Part shown: piece by piece, positions 35,391-40,453 of the stretch
Numbering within the stretch: position 1 is the first letter of the stretch
Layout: every line of letters starts with the position of its first letter
NCBI GenBank assembly: GCA_000934665.2
Contig: KZ538915.1
Span: 1 to 40,453 of the forward strand
DNA from: Catajapyx aquilonaris
Taxonomy: Eukaryota
Reading direction: 5' to 3'
Length of the DNA stretch: 40,453 bases
Position numbers and translations under genes: made by a program
The notes under the pieces: model-generated
The model's database searches: none
Told to the model about the DNA's origin: nothing
The model's input: only the letters and a program-made list of their open reading frames with translations

Positions 35391-38300
35391 CTGTGAAAAC
35401 TGGCGGAGGAAAGTTGTTTTTTTTCTTTTCTTTCTTTCTCTTCCTTTTCTTTCTCCGGAACTCGTTACATCCAATCGGGACCCCCGGATCAGAAGCAGCC
35501 GAAGAAAGGAGTGTAGATCATACTCCCAAGGAACTGAAGAAGAAAGAAGAATCTTGCCAAAAGTTTAGTTTCGCTTAAATCGCATAGTCACTCTGCCGTG
35601 GATCGCAAATATTTTCGATTTGTTCGAGGGAACGTTCAAAAGATAAAGACAGGGTGCACCTAACCCTGCTCAAATACATCGGAAATCTCGCAAAATTTGT
35701 CACGACTCTGACCGTATACCCGATGTGACTATAGATGCAAGGCGATTTATAGGCAGGACCTAGCGCATATTATAGTAACATTCACTATATAGACGTATTC
35801 GGCGAATTTTATTCATACTTGGTAATTGATGGTTATAATTGTTGCAGACAATATATTGCTAACTTATTTGCTAGACCCAGGTAAAGTCGCGTCATTTGGT
35901 CCATTGTGTTTTTCAGCCATCTACAAGTAATTATTGAAACCGAAGCCCGTTTCTGGTCCCTTTTTTTTTGGTCAAATGCTCCTCTGCTGCCCGAAATGGT
36001 TGCAATTACAGCGCAAGGTGTCGCGACTTTTTGGTCAATGAGTATCGACCTTCCTTTTGGGACGAGAAACTTTTGCCTTAAAGAATGGCGGGCTTCCCTA
36101 ATGACTTCCTTCTGCCCCCCGTCTCGTGGTAGTTAGCGGAAACTTTTTTTCTCCTTATTATTGTGATTTCTTTTTTTTTGTATAACTTTTTACCCTCCCC
36201 GCCCTTACCAAATTTGCAGGCTTCCATCGCATTAAAATGATGGACCCCCTCTGTAAGAGAGTGTTTGGCGGTCTTTTTTTGCGCACTATCCCCTCCCCCC
36301 TCCCCTGCCCGCAATCTGCGGTTTTCGCAACTTGTGTACAATGTGTGCGAGGCTTCAGCGCAATCCGCTTGCATTTGACATTCCCTTTTTTTTGTTTCCC
36401 TCGAAAAGACTGCGCATGTTTTTTTTGCCAAATTCCCTGCCATAAGACCATGCAAGCAGGCACCAACCCCATTTTCGCAAAAATAACCGCGAGTTTTTTT
36501 TGCACATTGCTGCGCTTTAAAAAAAACACACTCCATGTGTCCGAACATGTGCAGTGGACGCATGCTATACTCTTGTGATTCGCAGATCTGCAGGCCAGGA
36601 TCCCTTCCCATTGCAACTCATCCAGATTAATATTTCTTATACCAGCAAGTAGGAGCTCCAACCTTTTATGCGCGTGTATAAATAGCATTCCCGCTGGATT
36701 GCCTTCCATTTTACTTTTATTTTTGTTTCAAACCTTGTCTCTCTCCTCCGAGACGGAGCTGGTTTTATTCGCAGGCTGCCTTGTATAGATAGCACACACA
36801 CACACACACACATGCAAGTGTGTAAAAATACAACAGGGGTTAAGAACTATATCCTTGTCTGACTGGGGTTTGCTCATTGGGATATCCAGGAGTGGCTCGT
36901 CGAAAATTCCGCTGAGAATCTGGAGAAGCTGGGAACGATTAATAATTTTAAATCGAACCTTGTTTGTTTAGTTTCGAGCGAAATAGTATCCGCACAGCCT
37001 GCGATACTTTTCGTGGGGGAGTCAGTTCCCGCATGTTGGGGCTTGAAACTAATGAAGGCCTCTGCTGTGGGATAATTGCTCGTTTGTGAGGCAAAGAAAA
37101 ACAACCCTCCCTTCCAAAAACCACAGAAGAAGTTTGTATCCCCAGCATGGTTTGCAAAATTTGGAAATGATTTCAAGGCCCTTTCTTGGCTCATTTTCGG
37201 AGGAACTTTGCGCAAACCAGAACTTTATATAGTATACCGAAGCGGGTCCGCGAGCTGGGAATTTCCCGCCGTCCTTTTATTTCCTGCGGCCCGACAATTC
37301 GGCGCCGGATTGTCCCAGGACGTATATTATTCCGCAGGTAAAATCTTAATTGCTGGCTTTAAGTGTTGCCCGGATAGAAATTCTGCAGCATCAAAAAGCT
37401 ACTTTCTCCCAGCGAATTTACAGTTGCTTACTTTGGCCATGCACAGGTATGAAGCTACAAATGAGCGAGAAATCACGCGCAACAAATTAACATCCGTACA
37501 TTTATATGTTGTCATATATACTGAATAATGTTATGGTAACACTGTAATCCATTTACTTGAAAACCCCCGAGCCCGGCGATGCCCTGACATATTTATGCAT
37601 ATGCTCGTCGCAGATGATTCAGTGGTGAAATTTTGCACATACTTTGGCAGCCATTTGGGAATGAGCGATTGACCCAAAAAAATATGAAATGAATCTGGAA
37701 GCGAGTTGGTGTGGAGTAGGAGCATAAAAAGTAATGGTCCGAAGGTTTGAAACCGATCCAGGAATGAGCATGCAGAAGGGGTCTGTTTAAGTGCCTCGAA
37801 GGGAAGGGGGGGCTATGTCAACTTTGGGAAATGTTAGCAAGCAGTTGGGAGACTGGGAGGCAGGAGAGGTAACGGGGGATGGGAGGGAAGGAGAGCAGGG
37901 CTTTTCCAACAGCTTCATAGAAGTCAAATTGTGCTAATCAAGCCGGAGTAAGTATATAGCAGCGAATAAAAGCTCCGGAGCTGGATGGTGTGCAGTATAT
38001 AGAGGAAACGGGAAGGGAGAATAAGGAGTGACTGCATAACTACATTACAGTAGATACAAAGCTGGCTTCGCACAGATTCTACTTTGGAAGAGCGTTATTT
38101 CTACAGTATTATTATTGAACCAGACGAAGAGAGCAGAGTGTATCGGAGGGCGTGTGGTGTTATCCGTCCACGTATAAGGCTATAATTATTATACACTGAA
38201 CATCCGCCTGCTGAGATTATGTTCCCTCCCTCCCTCCCTCCCTCCCCCCCATTTAGGAGTTGGTCTGGAATATTTCTGGATATGAGGAGGGTCACATGTG

Positions 38301-40453
38301 CTTGGTGCTGCGTCAACGTCACATTGTGCGCATACCCGGAGGCCACTTTTGGACTAGACTCAGCGTGTGCTGCTGTATATACATACCAATCAGCAGTATA
38401 TAAGTTAGCACGCTCTCTGATGCTGGACCACACTCTGATGGGAATGGAATAATATCATTGTTAAGATATTGTTTCCCGGGCACGCCTGGAAAGGAGGCCG
38501 CAAATGCTGCAAATGCATCCCGAATCGGCAGGTCGCATTATTTGGTGCAAATGGAGAGAATAGTGCGCCCAGCACGCAGTGAATGGACCCGCCAGCTTTA
38601 TTATTTTGTGCCCCTTTTGGAATGGACCATAACTCGCTGGTCCCCGGCTCCTTGTTATATTTTACAGCCCCGGCGCCGTAATAACTCATTTCCTCCATAG
38701 AAGTGCGCTCTGCGGAGCTGATCTATTGACAGTAGTGCAGAACAAACCAGTATAAGAGGAAGTCATATAACGGTAGGATTGTACGTCATATTCCGGGGGA
38801 TCCATGCAAGCCAAAGACCTGAACGCATTTCAGCAGCAGTTGTGGTCTGAAAACCCCAGAGAGGGACTCTGTGGATGGATGGATGGAAGGAAGGAAGGAA
38901 GGACGGATTGGGGGGGAAAGGTGAATAATTAATAGTGATTAGCGAGCTAGTGAGCTTGCTTCCTGCTGCTGCGGGAGAGGATGACGACAGCAGCCTTTCG
39001 TTTTAACTCACTCTGCCTTCACTGCACTGATGCAGCACTTTACCTGCTTTCTGCACATTCAGGCATGTGCCGTGTGCTAGTAGTCCCCAAATGGTTCGAT
39101 TTTTGGCTAGTCGCTGTAGGGCATGTCCAGACTGCCCAAACTTTACGTCTCCGAGAGTACAAGTGAGGGCCCATCCCAAAGCGCCAGCCCATCTGCTGCT
39201 GTGTGCAAATGATTCATGGCGTCATCCCGCATTTGTGAAGGAAGTGAACCGAAGTAAACGACCTGTTTGTCGGTGTATGACAGTATGTAATGGCACGCCA
39301 TGAGCCCAAGTACTACATGCCGGCACTTGCTCGCTGGGAATAGATTAGAAATGATTTGTCCCCCAATCGTGCTCATATATATATACGGTATACTAGTTTG
39401 TGAGGCGATTGGAAATGGCCGCAGGAATTTGTTTCCTGATGTGCTGGGAAAAGGCGACAAGAATTGCTTGTCACCCTGGTGACGCTAATGGCGCAGCAGA
39501 CAAGCGACGAGTACATTTCCTTCTCTGCGCATGTCCACAGATGATGATGATGATGCTTATCTCTCTGCGGCCTCTTTCTCTCTACCTCCCTCCGATTTAC
39601 ATGGGTAATAAGTGCTATGAATATGTAACGAAGCTATAAAGTTCCTGCTTGCTAGTTGTTTCCCCATCGCCCTATACACGCTACTATACACGTCCTTACG
39701 TGTATTAAGCGTGCCATTTTTATCCTCCAACCACCGAGGAAGCTCGATCCCCATTTGCAATTTTCATCCGACCAACGACGACGACCTGCATGAGAGGGAA
39801 GGCGAGGTGCCAGGTCTCGTGTCAGGTACCATGTACCTTTTCCCTTCCCAAAACTGAAACGAGAGATGTGGGTGCGAAGAAGAGGTGATGGCCTGACACT
39901 GAATCTGTACAGTACCTCGATCATGATTAGGAGGTTGACGCCAGCGTGACCCCAATTTCGGCAGTTTCAGGCTATCAGTCTCTGAAGCCTGCCTATATAT
40001 ACCTCCCAATATCTGTTGGAAGAAGATGTTTCTTTGGGGCCACTCTCCATCACGCATCACGTTACATCCAGCCAAAAAAATGCTCCAACAGCATTTTTCC
40101 TGGAGACGCCTCGATGGCGGTGTTTTGCTCGCTCGACCACATATTGCCCCCAACCCAGGCCATTATTGTTTCCTTGCGCTTGTTGCTGCTGCTGCTGCTG
40201 CTGTTGTACGAGTATATACCGAAACGGGGAAGAGTCGCACAGTTAAATGGTAACAACACAAGCAATGCAATAGATCAATATTCCAGTGGCATGCGGAGTA
40301 AGTAGGTCATCCGCAGCCAGCCCGATTCGCTGTAATTTTCAGGGATTTCAATACGACTGCTATACACACGGCACATTATTCGCTGCCGCGTGTAGTACGT
40401 CAAGCTGCCGAGCATTACGCGAATCATCAAAGACTCCGCATGTTTTATTGTAT

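Larger units (their letters stand above)
8136..40453 (+). other. Probable large intron (>32 kb) following the 7856-8135 exon
   Basis: Starts GTAATG. No downstream stretch with coding-like codon bias or a sensible continuation was seen, and the region is filled with microsatellites and TE relics. Small exons could have been missed. Confidence 0.55.

Noticed and set aside
35625..35650. CGAGGGAACGTTCAAAAGATAAAG resembling a mariner TIR
   Set aside because: No partner inverted repeat, no TA immediately before it, and no transposase relic found nearby.

Overview
This is eukaryotic genomic DNA, most likely arthropod (tick-like, judged only from composition and repeat content). It is almost entirely non-coding, and nearly all ORFs in the supplied track are noise. 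One convincing coding exon is visible on the + strand (7856-8135, GT donor at 8136). Its 3' part (ELNFKDLAHPALNETLKTHNNLTFKLVRI) resembles, from memory, the start of the BAR-like region of arthropod Stac-like (Drosophila CG43729/Dstac-type) proteins. No next exon was found, so 8136-40453 is probably one intron of more than 32 kb. Two DNA transposons are clear. The first is an internally deleted mariner with both TIRs and TA target duplications (30687-31610). The second is a 734-bp foldback Tc1/mariner derivative made of two copies of the element's 3' end, with 237-bp arms about 96% identical and a 56-bp tandem duplication across the junction (32899-33632). The window also has a degenerate palindromic element, several very decayed TE relics (LINE RT/RNase H, Harbinger-like, hAT-like, Kolobok/Mutator-like; all low confidence), many microsatellites and three N gaps. 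I found no rRNA, tRNA, CRISPR array or prokaryote-type system, and I cannot support a claim of a wholly new biological system. The best leads are the intronic foldback transposon and the multi-entry architecture of the exon.
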